Under the pieces are notes generated by a model. It ran no database searches. It had not been told where the DNA came from and saw nothing but the letters and a program-made list of their open reading frames with translations. Position numbers and translations under genes: made by a program. A DNA stretch of 63,832 nt, the filler included, from Stramenopiles sp. TOSAG23-2 (taxonomy: Eukaryota): assembly GCA_900128395.1 (NCBI GenBank). It is 9 parts of 9 records of this genome, joined end to end, with 100 filler letters (N's around TTAATTAATTAA, not from the genome) between each part and the next. Parts side by side here need not be neighbours in the genome. Positions count along the whole stretch, not along the records: positions 31,251 to 38,954 come from LT650286.1; positions 39,055 to 46,742 come from LT650287.1; 7 more parts are not named here. One strand, given 5' to 3'. Shown piece by piece: positions 33,095 through 45,969 of this stretch (position 1 is its first letter; the number at the start of each line of letters is the position of its first letter).

Positions 33095-33315
33095 AGATTT
33101 CATTTGATTTCATTTGATTTCATTTTTGATTTCATTTTTGATTTATTTGTTGATTTCATTTGTTGATTTATTTGTTGATATCATTTGTTGATTTATTTGA
33201 TTTTATTTGATTTATTTGTTGATATCATTTGATTTTATTTGATTTATTTGTTGATATCATTTGTTGATTTATTTGTTGATTTATTTGTTGATATCATTTG
33301 ATTTATTTGTTGATA
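33095..33315. repeat. Degenerate minisatellite (GATTTATTTGTT / GATATCATTT units)
   Basis: Direct reading of the sequence. Confidence 0.85.
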
Positions 33316-33364
33316 GCATTCAGCGTAGATTACGACGACGACGACGAATTCGTGCTAGTTTTCC

Positions 33365-33525
33365 TATAGAAAATATTTTTATAATTATTTGTACCATTCC
33401 TCTTCCCACCAAAGGTATTGGAATTAGACATCGAATTATATAGATACATTTTCTGTTGCTAGTTGCTATAGAAAACATTTTTATAATTGTTTGTACCATT
33501 CCTCTTTCCACCAAAGGTATTGGAA
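33365..33525. repeat. Imperfect direct repeat of about 60 bp
   Basis: CTATAGAAAA.ATTTTTATAATT.TT(T)GTACCATTCCTCTT.CCACCAAAGGTATTGGAAT at about 33364-33424 and 33466-33525. Confidence 0.75.
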
Positions 33526-33627
33526 TACATTTTCAGTTATTTGAGATTGTATTATATTATACAAAACCAATAATAATAATAATTCAAACACATAAACATT
33601 GTCAAATTTGAATATTAATATTTTAAA

Positions 33628-34008
33628 ATGACGAACCGATCCATCAACATCTCATCATACCTCTTCCTCCTCGTAACAATAACAACAACAACGATCTATT
33701 TCCTCCTCCTCCATACAACAAATGCAACTTGTCCAAATTCATGTACAGGGCATGGTAATTGTGGTCATTCGGATATTTGCCATTGTTATCGTGGATGGCA
33801 AGCGGGTGATTGTTCACAACGTACATGTGCATATGGATATGCATTTACGACAACACCACAAGGTGATTTAAATATGGATGGTGATCGTGAAGATAATTCA
33901 TTTAAACAATTATCAGAACCAGGTGTGATCTATATCAATACAAATACCATAACATTTGCACGTAGTGGAGGTGCTAAAAATTATATAAAAAAATATACGA
34001 ACGTATGA
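33628..34008 (+). CDS. N-terminus of a Sig1/Ocm-like tubular mastigoneme protein (truncated)
   Basis: Signal peptide plus [46 protein letters not shown], the pattern typical of stramenopile mastigoneme proteins. No continuation found downstream. Confidence 0.65.
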   Translation: MTNRSINISSYLFLLVTITTTTIYFLLLHTTNATCPNSCTGHGNCGHSDICHCYRGWQAGDCSQRTCAYGYAFTTTPQGDLNMDGDREDNSFKQLSEPGVIYINTNTITFARSGGAKNYIKKYTNV

Positions 34009-34551
34009 TATTTTTTACACACAACAATAATTAATTTAAAAAAAAAAAACACAACAAATTTATTTTATTTTATACGTACACACGCACGCAGCGTTAATAT
34101 TATACCAAAATATTTCTCTATATATGCACAGATGTTTACGCACAAGTCTTTTATTAGTACTGCGTTCTAATGGGTAAATACTATACATTGTATACAGCAT
34201 ATAGCAGGAAAATTGACACAGTAAAATAGTTCACAGTTGACAGCAAAACTATATAACCGGACAACACCACACAACACACAACATCATCAACAAAAACGAA
34301 TTATTATATAATAATATAAAATAAATACCAGTATAACGACCATCATCATCATCATTATATAATAATAAATTATATATTATATATTGTTTGTATGATGATT
34401 ATCCAAATATACAAGTGAAAGATAGTGGCATAAAACGAAGATTCGGTGCAAACATTTGTGCAAAGTTTATATACAATCTTCATTTGTTCAACCCTGATGT
34501 TAACGATACATTATTAAAAGCAACCACTCTAAATCTCAAACATACACTCAC

Positions 34552-36786
34552 ATGTCTTCCTCATCTACAACCGAATTAATCAACAACGCAAACGATGCTG
34601 TAAAGTTCATACTTGATATATCTGAAAATTTTCCTATTATTGGTCAAGTTGCAAGTTTATGTAAAACTATTTATGAAAAAGCAGATACTGCAAGTAGTAA
34701 TAAAGATAATTGCAAAAAAGCTGCAAAACGATGTCGCGCAGTACAAATTATTATTGCACAATGTGCGAAAGATTTCCAACGTAATAATGGTCCAACTAAA
34801 AATCAAACATTTGGTTTAAATAATTTAAAAGAAGCTTTAACAAAGATGGAACAACTTATCGAGAAATATATGAATCGTAGTACATTTGGCCGGATGTTTA
34901 AAGCAAATACATTTAAAAATGAGTATGAATCAATTGATAAAGAAATACATGATGCGATTGAATTAGTTCAATTAGGGTTAGGATCAGAAATTTTAAATCA
35001 AAACAATAAATTATTAGAACAAACAAAGTTTATAATGGATTTAGATGAGAAAATGGATGAGGCACTTGGATTATTGAAAAAACGTAATAGTATGGATACA
35101 GCGAAAGATCAAGTTAAATCAGTTATGGGTCAAAATGAAATTGATCCAAAGGATATAGAAATTTTATATACTGAGTCTCTTGGTAAAGGTGGATTTGGTG
35201 AAGTAGTGTTAGCAAAACGTGCTGGGGATATGTGTGCGGCAAAGGTGATATTGACTGGTGGAATGGGTATCATACAACAACAAGAATTATTTAAAAGCTT
35301 TCAAAAAGAATTTGCATTGATGTGTAGCACAAATACATGTCAACGTGTAATTCATGTTTATGGTGTTGTACTAAAAATTCCTGGTAAATTAATTTTAGTC
35401 ATGGAATATGCTACAAATGGAAGTTTACGTACATATTTAAATAATCAAAATGGAATAGAATTACTTCCAAAAGAATTTGTACAAAATATAATATATGATA
35501 TAGCATATGGTATGAAAGAATTATATAATAAAGGTGTAAGGCATCGTGATTTAAAAGCTGATAATGTATTATTAGATCGTGACATGATTGCAAAAGTTAG
35601 TGATTTTGGTTTATCCAAAGCAGATGCATTAATAACAAGCGCATCTTCTAAATCATCAAAAGTTGGTACACCTGCATGGCAATCACCTGAAGAATTAGAT
35701 GATGAAGATGTTGTAGATGATGAAAAATGTGATGTATATTCATTTGGTATTACTATTTTTGAAATCATAACATGTAAATTACCATGGCAAAATATTAAAC
35801 CATCTAAAATTATGATTAAAGTGTTACAAGGAAAACGACCAGAATATAATAAAGAATTAATCATATCAACGTATGGTAAATTATGTGTTGAATTAATTGA
35901 AGCATGTTGGTCACAAGATCCAAACAATCGTCCAACATTTTCAGAAATTGTACCAAAAATAAAAGCATCATACGAACGTACAAGTCACATTGCATCACCA
36001 CCAAATAATAGGAAAGGATCAGTTGATTCGACAAATCCATCACCACGTCATAGTAAAATTGAAGAACAAGAACGCCAACGTTTAGAAGCAGAAAGAGCAT
36101 CGTTTGAACAGGAAAAACGTGAATTAGAAATGCGTAGAAAAGAATTGGAAGCTGTAGAATTGGAACGAAAGAAACAACAAGCAGAAAGAGCTGCATTTGA
36201 AAAAGAAAAACGTGAATTTGAAGCGCGTAAACGAAAAGCAGAAGAAGCAGATAAAATTGTAACAAAGAAGTATGACGATGGTAAAGTATATGAAGGTCAA
36301 ATGAAAGATGGTAAAAAACATGGAAAAGGTAAAATGGTATATGTTGAAGATGATGAACATTATGCCGGTGAAGTGTACGAAGGTGAATGGAAAGATGATA
36401 AGAGAGATGGAACTGGTAAACATACATATCCTAGTGGTAATGTATATGTTGGTGAATTTAAAGATGATAATAAACATGGAAAAGGTACATATACATGGGC
36501 TGATGGTGATGTATATGTTGGTGAATGGAAAGATGATAAGTTCCATGGAAAAGGTACATATACATGGAATAGTGGATCGAATAAAGGTGATGTATATGAT
36601 GGTGAATATAAAGATGGTAAATTCCATGGAAAAGGTACATATACATGGAATAGTGAATCGCTTAAAGGTAATGTATATGTTGGTGAATTTAAAGATGATA
36701 AGATGCATGGATATGGTAAAATGACATATGCAGATGGTTCTATCTATCATGATGGAATGTGGAAAGATGGTAAACCAGTGCGATGA
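34552..36786 (+). CDS. MLKL-like N-terminal four-helix domain + TKL protein kinase + coiled coil + MORN repeats
   Basis: N-terminus PIIGQVASLCKTIYEKA.....NK..C.....RC..V...LNNLKEALTKMEQLIEKY...RMFKANTF. Kinase motifs GKGGFG, AAK, HRDLKADN, DFG, GTPAWQSPE and DVYSFG. About 7 YxGExKDxKxHGKGxY repeats. Confidence 0.88.
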   Translation: MSSSSTTELINNANDAVKFILDISENFPIIGQVASLCKTIYEKADTASSNKDNCKKAAKRCRAVQIIIAQCAKDFQRNNGPTKNQTFGLNNLKEALTKMEQLIEKYMNRSTFGRMFKANTFKNEYESIDKEIHDAIELVQLGLGSEILNQNNKLLEQTKFIMDLDEKMDEALGLLKKRNSMDTAKDQVKSVMGQNEIDPKDIEILYTESLGKGGFGEVVLAKRAGDMCAAKVILTGGMGIIQQQELFKSFQKEFALMCSTNTCQRVIHVYGVVLKIPGKLILVMEYATNGSLRTYLNNQNGIELLPKEFVQNIIYDIAYGMKELYNKGVRHRDLKADNVLLDRDMIAKVSDFGLSKADALITSASSKSSKVGTPAWQSPEELDDEDVVDDEKCDVYSFGITIFEIITCKLPWQNIKPSKIMIKVLQGKRPEYNKELIISTYGKLCVELIEACWSQDPNNRPTFSEIVPKIKASYERTSHIASPPNNRKGSVDSTNPSPRHSKIEEQERQRLEAERASFEQEKRELEMRRKELEAVELERKKQQAERAAFEKEKREFEARKRKAEEADKIVTKKYDDGKVYEGQMKDGKKHGKGKMVYVEDDEHYAGEVYEGEWKDDKRDGTGKHTYPSGNVYVGEFKDDNKHGKGTYTWADGDVYVGEWKDDKFHGKGTYTWNSGSNKGDVYDGEYKDGKFHGKGTYTWNSESLKGNVYVGEFKDDKMHGYGKMTYADGSIYHDGMWKDGKPVR

Positions 36787-37120
36787 ATGAAGAGAAAGCG
36801 GGGATTTTACTTCTACAGATTCTATAAAACTTTATAATTATTATCATCTATATTTACAATGTACAATTAATACTATTAAATACCATTATTACTAAAATAT
36901 TTCCCATTCCTTCAAAACTGGATTTAAAGCACCAAAAAACTATGAAAAATCAACCATCGAAATATTTAAAAAATAGAATCAAAAAGCACTATAGAAATGA
37001 AAAAGTATCAAACAATTTTATATCAAAATTCAATTCACCATTTCCTTCTTCCACTTAGTTTCATTTGTTTCATTTCGATATACGAAAAGTATCATCGTGC
37101 TCGCACAGTATTTTTTTTTA

Positions 37121-37165
<45 letters not shown>

Positions 37166-37316
37166 ATTAAAAAAATAATTTTGCAACATCATTTGAAATT
37201 TTGAAAATTTTGGCATAAAATATTTGAAATTGTGGAAGCAAAGTTTTAAAACCATTATTAATATATATATATACAACACATAGAAAATACAAACAAACAC
37301 AGCAATCCAAAATACT

Positions 37317-38954
37317 ATGGACGATATACCAAATCACTTATCCAACCAACAACCAACCATGAACATCGATGCCATCAATACAATTCCTATGAATAATTCT
37401 ACACCATCAAAAGTACATCAACGTAATAAGACATTTAGTGACATAGAAACGACAATCGACACTAATAAGACGTCAACAACAGTAGTGAACATATCACGTA
37501 TGTTAATATTTGAATCTGGATTAGTATATGCATCCAATACAAATGGTGATAGTATATTATTAGAACCACATTGCATGACATTCACCTTTATATTACATAA
37601 TGGAATGCATCGTCAACATGTATCGAAATATGCACCAAGGCAAGCACATTATTTATTGAAAAATGCATATTACATAATGGAATGCATCGTCAACATGTAT
37701 CGAAATATGCACCAAGGGAAACACATTATTTATTGAAAAATGCTATTTTATTTAAAAATACGCATATTACAACAACAAACACAGCAACAACAACAGCCAC
37801 GTCGTCGTCATTTTCAAATATTAATAATAATACATTTACATCACCATTCTTTTGTCCAGATGTATACCAATTATTAAATATACCATTTCATACAAGTAAT
37901 ATAGAAAAAATGAATGGCGATAATAACGACAAAAATAGTTTCATTGATAGAATTCATTGGCCGAAATTTATGAAATATAACAATTATTGTATTATAAACA
38001 ATGAAGATGAATCGATTAATATATTATCAACAGATGGTTTTAGTAAATTATCATTATCACCACATGAACAAATTGTACATGTATCGTATCCATTTATCAT
38101 ACCAGTAACAACGGGTGCTACGTCAACAACAACAACATCATCAACAACAACAACAACAGCAACGATGACAACAACAAATAGATCATCATCGCCAACAAGC
38201 AATCAAACAAATACTACTACTAATAATAATAATATGATTCATCATATCAATATCAATCATCGTATCCATTTATCATACCAGTAACAACGGGTGCTACGTC
38301 AACAACAACAACAACAACAACAACGATGACAGCAACAAATAGATCATCATCGCCAACAAGCAATCAAACAAATACTACTACTACTAATAATGATATGATT
38401 CATCATATCAATATCAATCATATATTTCCATCAACCAAATGTCCATCGATGTTTCAACATCCATTTACTATTGCAAAGAAATTATCTGATTCAACTTTAT
38501 CAGTAAATCACAACGACAATGACGATGATGATGATGGCAAAGACAACGGCAATTTATACGTAGTAGATACATTATTACCAAAAGCAATAGATATAAATGA
38601 TGATGAATATAAATTAAATTTATATGATTGGCATGATGTAACATCATGTGTTAGCCCATTAGGATTATCGTGGAAAGAAGAATGTGTTGAATTAGGCAAA
38701 GGTGTTGTACCAATGCATGTTCCTACCATTGAACGTGTTTTAGTAGAATGGAATGAAAATCATACAATATGGTTTATAGGTTCACATATACCCGATAATA
38801 AAACTACGAAAGAAACAAGACAAAAGAATAGTATTGAAACAGAAGAAGGTACAAGAGAAGATACATTACCATTAGTAGAATATGGTTTATTACTTCATAA
38901 TAATAATGCATATTTGAAAATTTTATATGAAAAAGGTTTTCATCATAGTGATAA
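37317..38954 (+). CDS. C5orf34/DUF4524-like protein (frame broken by two local duplications; 3' partial)
   Basis: RMLIFESGLV.A....GDSILLEPHC..F...RQH.SKYA.....LLKNAILFKN...PF resembles the C5orf34 N-terminal domain. The three ORF pieces join once the duplicated segments are collapsed. Confidence 0.6.
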
Positions 38955-39054
38955 NNNNNNNNNNNNNNNNNNNNNNNNNNNNNNNNNNNNNNNNNNNNTT
39001 AATTAATTAANNNNNNNNNNNNNNNNNNNNNNNNNNNNNNNNNNNNNNNNNNNN

Positions 39055-40378
39055 ACAAATCCATCCTCAGACGATGAGATACAACTCTCACAACATTCCT
39101 CGTCATCATCCTCATCATCTTCCTCCGAATCCGACAACGAAGACCATTCTTTTGCAAATAAAAATAATAATAATACTAACAAATTATCACAACCACTATC
39201 CAACGAGGATGAAAAAATATTATATACGCATATCAATTTAATTGATAAACAATTAATAGAATGGTACAATGTAAATACATCAAAAAAGAAACGTACAAAA
39301 ATTAAAAATAATACCATGTATACCCTTTCATTTTTAAATGATTTATATTTAAAAAGACAAAAATTAATTAATTGTTTAAATAAACCATATTGGTTATTTG
39401 CATTAGAATCAAATGATTTAATACGATCGAAAATAATTGATTTTAATGATGGTGATATATTAGGTACATATTTAAAAGATATACAATTATTACCTGAAAT
39501 AGAAATAGATAATTTGCCACAAAAAAAGAACAATACTAAAAAGAAACAGAAAAATAACATTATCAACAACAATAATAATAAATACATACCAAACAATCGT
39601 TTAATATTGAAATTTATATTTCATCATGATAATAATGTTATTAAAAATAAATCATTATCCATATATATATATATAGATCATACATCTAGTACATTATTAA
39701 TTGATTGGACAAAAACACGTATCATGGAAAATAATATTATATCCTTTGATGAAGATTGTTGGAAACATGGTGGACCACAAATGTTAATGCATGGATTTTT
39801 TAAATATTGGAAATGTGATGATGAATTATTAAAAGAAGAAAAAATAAATGAAGCGGAGGATGAAAATACAAAGTTAGAAGAAAATATAATAAATGAAATG
39901 GAAACATTAGAAAAAGGTATGTTATATATCATACGTGAAATAATATTTTTTTCTGTACATTCATTTCATATAGGTATTAATAAAATAATTGTAAATAAAA
40001 ACAACAACAACAACCAGAAAAACAACTATGAAAATATAAGAAAAAAACGTATACAAAATAATCCAGATCGACCAAAATCATTATTACATCGTTTAACATT
40101 TGGTATTTTACCTGATTATATTGCAAAAGTAGATGGTGAATTAACAACGGATTATGGAAACAAACTAAATGGAGGGAATAAAAAGAGTAATGATGATCAG
40201 AATATAAGTATATTAAATATACAATTACCATATTGGTTACAAAATGATCATGAACGTAAACGTTTACGATATAAATTTAAAGTCATGGAACATTTTGATT
40301 TATGTTTTGTTGTCTCTATGTTAATCATATTTTTAACTGGCATATATTATTTAACATTATATCGTTATATTGGCAATA
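39055..40378 (+). CDS. Asn-rich hypothetical protein (5' end displaced, see the inverted copy)
   Basis: The frame is open from the contig start (TNPSSDDEIQLSQ...) through ORF 39316-40611. The likely start MATNPSSDD appears inverted at about 40379-40558. Confidence 0.5.
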
Positions 40379-40616
40379 ATGATGACGAGGAATGTTGTGA
40401 GAGTTGTATCTCATCGTCTGAGGATGGATTTGTTGCCATGTATATATTATATACGGTTTGGTTGGAGAGTACTGATCTATTTGATGTATTAAAAAAAATG
40501 ATGACGAGGAATGTTGTGAGAGTTGTATCTCATCGTCTGAGGATGGATTTGTTGCCATGTATATATTATATACGGTTTGGTTGGAGAGTACTGATCTATT
40601 TGATGTATTAAAAAAA
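40379..40616 (-). repeat. Tandem 119-bp duplication that includes an inverted copy of the contig start (39055-39107)
   Basis: ATGATGACGAGGAATGTTGTGAGAG...TTTGT is the reverse complement of 39055-39107 and is present twice. Confidence 0.85.
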
Positions 40617-41010
40617 TACTAGGTTTGTTTGTTATTTTAATAAATACAATCGTATATATATATAATAATGTTTTATAATATAATAATACTTTTTAGTTGT
40701 TGTGTGTATAAAGAAGTATGGACAGGATAATAATAAAACAACACAAGCACGCACAACAATAAAAACACTGCTGGTGCTGAAAAAAGAAAAAAAAGAAACT
40801 CAAAAACTGATGTTGTTATCATAAATATATAATTATAATATCCAATTAAAAAGTTATAAAGATTCCTATAAATGAATTAATTGAATAATAAGTAATTTAA
40901 TACAATGGATAGAATACGCTTCCTCACACACAGATAAAAAAAATACAATTCTGGACGTTCACAACTATTTTTAATATTTCCATTTTATTGAATTTATTGG
41001 AAAAAACTAA

Positions 41011-41274
41011 TGTTATTCCCATGGTATTTAACCATGTTAATCCGACTAATATAGTGCTATTCCTATGATATACAATGCTACACCCATGTTAATCAACATA
41101 ATACAATGCTATTCCTATGTTATTTAATGGTATGTTTATGTTAATCGACATAATATAGTGCTATTCCTATGATATCCAATGCTACACCCATGTTAATCGA
41201 CATAATACAATGCTATTCCTATGATATTCAATGCTACACCCATGTTAATCGACATAATACAATGCTATTCCTAT
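41011..41274. repeat. 52-bp minisatellite (about 5 copies) upstream of POLD1
   Basis: TGCTATTCCT recurs at 41055, 41107, 41159, 41211 and 41263. Confidence 0.9.
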
Positions 41275-41666
41275 ACTATGTTCAATCAAATGAATTTCCC
41301 CGCGCTAATTATCACCTATCACTTTGCTAATCTCCATTGTATTCCCATAGTAATTCCTTCAGTGATTCATCATTTTTAAGTACAAAAATCAATCTTGAAA
41401 TATTTGAAAAATGATCTGATATGTATATATAGTAGAACTCATTTGGTGGATTTATTATATCAATCAGATATATATATATATATATAAACGATCGACTGTG
41501 TATGTACGAGAAACATTTAAATTAATTATACGTATATATATATATAGTTCAAGGAAAGACATTTTTTTATTTTTTTTATTTTTTTTCAAAATCATCATCA
41601 TCATTTATTTTTTATTTTTTTTTTTAATTATTTGAAAAATTAATATATTAATATATATCATAAAGA

Positions 41667-44600
41667 ATGGATCAAGAAAATAATAATCCAACACCACCTA
41701 TAACAACGACAACAACAAATTCAAATAAACGTAAAAATGAAGAAACATCTGATAACAACAACAACAACAACGAAACAACAACTAGTTCATCTACATCTTC
41801 ATCTACAACATCAAAACGTGTAAAAGTGAATAGTGGTAATAAAGCATCTTCATCACAAAAAACATATGAAGAAATATTAAAAGAAGAAGAAAAAGAGGCA
41901 ACATTACCACCAAATAATCCAAGAAATTGGAGACGTCCACATGTACCACAAATCGATGTGGAAACGATGCCAATCGCATTTCAATGGATGGATATTGATA
42001 TGTATGAAGGCGAACCATTGGAAGAAAATCCAAAAATTATGGCAGATTTACCAGGTAGTACAAATAAACCAGTACCAATTGTACGTTTATATGGTGTTAC
42101 TGAAGTTGGTAATAGTGTATTAGCACATATACATGGTTTTACACCATATTTTATATGTACCATACCAAGAAGTTTCGATCCTGCACATGTAAGTATATAT
42201 ATATATATATACATACTACACAAACATAGTATTCCATCTACTAACAATATTTTTACACTCTCTCGTCTTATCCAACAACATTAGTGTGGTGCATTTCGTA
42301 AAGCATTAGATCAAATGGTTGCATCCCAACGTAAAAATAGTAGAGAATCGATATTACAACATGTATTATCTGTAACTATTATTGAACGTCAAAGTTTATT
42401 AGGATATCATGGTAAAGAAGGTAAACGTCAATTTTTAAAAATTCATGTAGCAATGCCAACATTAGTACCACGTGCAAGACGTGTATTAGAACAAGGATTT
42501 ACATGTCCTGGATATGGTTCATTACAATATCAAACATATGAAAGTAATGGTAAGTGTTTTGATCAAAATAAATAATAAAATAAAAAAAACATACACACAT
42601 GCATTTCCTAACAACAATAACATTTATACATATATATATATATATACAACTGAACAAACCACCACAGTGCCATATGTATTACGTTTCATGATTGATAATG
42701 AAATTGTTGGTTGTAATTGGATTGAATGTCCTGCAGCAACATATAAATTACGACGTGGTAATGAAAAAGTTGGTAAATCACAAATTGAATTGGATATCGT
42801 GTACAATTCCATTATCTCACACAAACCGGAAGGGGAATGGATGAAAATTGCACCATTACGTATATTATCATTTGATATTGAATGTATGGGGCGTAAAGGA
42901 CATTTTCCAGAAGCAGAACAAGATCCAGTCATACAAATTGCAAATACGGTTACTGTACAAGGTGAAGATAAACCACGTAGTAAAACTATTTTCGTTTTAA
43001 ATGAAACAACACCAATTGTTGGTGTCAATGTTGATGTTAGTACGGATGAACGTTTACTTTTAACGAAATGGACCAATTTCGTGAATGAAGCAGATGTTGA
43101 TGTATTAACTGGATATAATATACAAAACTTTGATTTGCCATATATATTAGATAGGGCAAAAGCATTAAATGTATTAAAAAGTGTTTCCCAATTAGGACGT
43201 ATTAAAAATCAAGATACAACGATACGGGAAGCTACATTTAGTAGTGCTGCACATGGTACACGTAAAGATAAGGAATGTTTAATCAAAGGTCGTACGGTAT
43301 TTGATATGATTAAATACATGCGTCGTAATCATAAATTTAGTTCATATACATTAAATAATGTTAGTGCACATTTCCTTGGTCAACAAAAGGAAGATGTACA
43401 TTATAGTATTATCAGTGATTTACAACGTGGTTCCCCAGATGATCGTAGACGTTTAGCGGTGTATTGTTTAAAAGATGCATATTTGCCACAAAAATTAATG
43501 GATAAATTATATGTAATGATTAATTACGTAGAAATGGCACGGGTAACCGGTGTGCCATTGGATTTTTTAAATTCCAGAGGGCAACAAATTAAAGTATTAT
43601 CTATGCTTTATCGTAAATGTGGACCACTTGGTTTAATCATACCAACAATGCAACGACAACAAAATAGTATACAAGCAAATGGTGGTGTTGCATATGAAGG
43701 TGCTACTGTCATTGAACCGAAACGTGGTTATTATCGCAAACCAATCGCAACGTTGGATTTCGCATCGTTATACCCATCAATCATGCAAGCGCATAATTTA
43801 TGTTATAGTACATTATTAAATCCAACGGAAGCAAAACAATTGGATAAATCACAATATAGCATCACACCGAATGGATATTATTTTATTAAACCAGAAGTGA
43901 AAAAAGGTATTTTACCAGAAATTTTGGAAGAATTATTAGCTGCTAGAAAAATTGCAAAGAAAGACATGAAAGCTGCGAAAGATCCATTAACACGTGGTGT
44001 AATGAATGGTCGACAATTGGCATTAAAAGTCAGTGCAAATAGTGTATATGGTTTCACTGGTGCAACGGTTGGTCAATTACCATGTTTACCAATTAGTAGT
44101 AGTGTTACTGCATATGGTCGTGAGATGATTGATGCAACAAAAGCAAAAGTGGAAGAATTATATACCATAAAAAATGGATATAAACATGATGCGGAAGTTA
44201 TCTATGGGGATACGGATAGTGTGATGATTAAATTTGGTTGTGATGATGTAGCCACTGCGATTAAAATGGGTGAAGAAGCTGCACCAATTGTTAGTTCGAT
44301 TTTCATCACACCAATTAAATTAGAATTTGAAAAAGTATATTGTCCATATTTATTAATGAATAAAAAACGATATGCTGGATTGTATTGGACGAAACCGGAA
44401 AAATACGATAAATTGGATGCAAAAGGTATTGAAACCGTACGACGTGATAATTGTGGTTTAACCAGACAAGTCGTTAGTACATGTTTGAATAAAATTTTAG
44501 TACATGGTGATGTGGAAGGTGCAATCAAATATACAAAACGTACTATATCGAATTTATTGATGAATAAAATTGATATTTCCCAATTAATTATAAGTAAAAG

Positions 44601-45255
44601 TTTAAGTAAAAGTCCAGATTCAGATGATTACAAAGCAAGAATGGCACATGTTGAATTGGCACGTAAATTAGCAAAACGCGATCCAGCAACTGCACCGGTA
44701 GTTGGTGATCGTGTACCATATGTTATGACACAAAAAGGACCACGTGCAAAAGGATATGAAAAAGCGGAAGATCCATTATATGTATTGCAAAATAATTTAC
44801 CAATTGATACGCAATATTATTTAACAAATCAATTGACTAAACCATTAACACGTATTTTTGAACCAATTACTGGTAATGCAGATGCAGTATTAAAAGGTGA
44901 TCATACACGTAAAGTATATAAAGCAACTAGTAAAAAAAGTGCTGGTGGTTTAATGGGTTTCGTTACGAAAAAAAAATCATGTGCTGGTTGTCGTACACCA
45001 ATTGCAAATAATGTTGGTGCATTATGTAAACATTGTTTACCACGGGAAGGTGTTATATTTATGGAAAAACAAAAGAAAATTCAACAATATGAAGCTAAAC
45101 ATAGTAAATTATGGGCACAATGCCAACGTTGCCAAGGGACATTGCATACGGATATTTTATGTAGCAATAGTGATTGTCCAATATTTTATATGAGGATCAA
45201 AGCACAAAATGATTTAGAAGATGCAACGAAAGTATTGCAAGAGTTTAAGTGGTGA
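41667..45255 (+). CDS. POLD1: DNA polymerase delta catalytic subunit, 3 exons (41667-42188, 42285-42549, 42668-45255)
   Basis: HGFTPYF, SFDIEC, GYNIQNFD, YCLKDA, LDFASLYPSIMQAHNLCYST, KVSANSVYGFTG, YGDTDS, KKRYAG and C-terminal CysA/CysB. GTAAGT..CTAAC..AG introns at 42189-42284 and 42550-42667 restore the frame. Confidence 0.97.
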
Positions 45256-45969
45256 GCGCGTGGGGGGTGGGTGTGAAGAAGGATGTGTGTGGGGTGTTTG
45301 TGTTTGTGTGTGTGGGTGGGGACCGAGTAGTTTAAATTTAAATATTTTTATTTTTAAAAAAAATTCAAATTATTTTTTATATATAAATAATATATTATAT
45401 AAAATATAAATGATTTTAAACATTTCTCTCATTTGTAAAAATTACTCTATATTTGTTTTGAAGGTTTCCTTTTTGCAGGTTACCCAATGCTTTTGAATAT
45501 TCTTTTTTAATTCCATTATATAATTTAAATTTAGTGATATAAAATGTAAGATTTAACACCCGCGCACAAGAAGGAATATATCTAGAAGAGGATATTTATA
45601 TAGATTCAAACATTTTTCATACGTTCCTGATATATATATATATATATATACACAGCATTTGAATATTTAAATGTACTGTAATATGGTGTTTTTATAAAAT
45701 TGCAACATTATAATAGTATCAATGATAATGTTAATCTTTTGTACCAATATTGTATTATCAAAACGTTGTAATAGTTGTCTCTGATATTGGTACTCTCGGT
45801 CACGTCGTCAAAATTTGAGTTTAAACAAAAAGTAAATTATTAATTTGATAATATGTTTTCATTTCTAGTTTTTAATATAGTTACATGTTTATTATAAATG
45901 AAAAACGAAACATATTATATTTTTAGAAAAGTTTTGTATACTGTCTCTCTAATATTTCGAAGTAAACAT

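Noticed and set aside
37590-37743. Apparent programmed frameshift in the C5orf34-like gene
   Set aside because: It is a 77-bp tandem duplication with 2 SNPs, and a similar duplication occurs at about 38082-38420. Best explained as allelic bubbles assembled in tandem.
39055-40616. Terminal inverted repeats suggesting a transposon or invertible segment
   Set aside because: The inverted copy is the gene's own 5' end and is itself tandemly duplicated. This fits an amplification inversion chimera or misassembly at a contig end, and there is no transposase or recombinase.
41011-41274. Possible CRISPR array
   Set aside because: Contiguous tandem units with no unique spacers, eukaryotic context and no cas genes.
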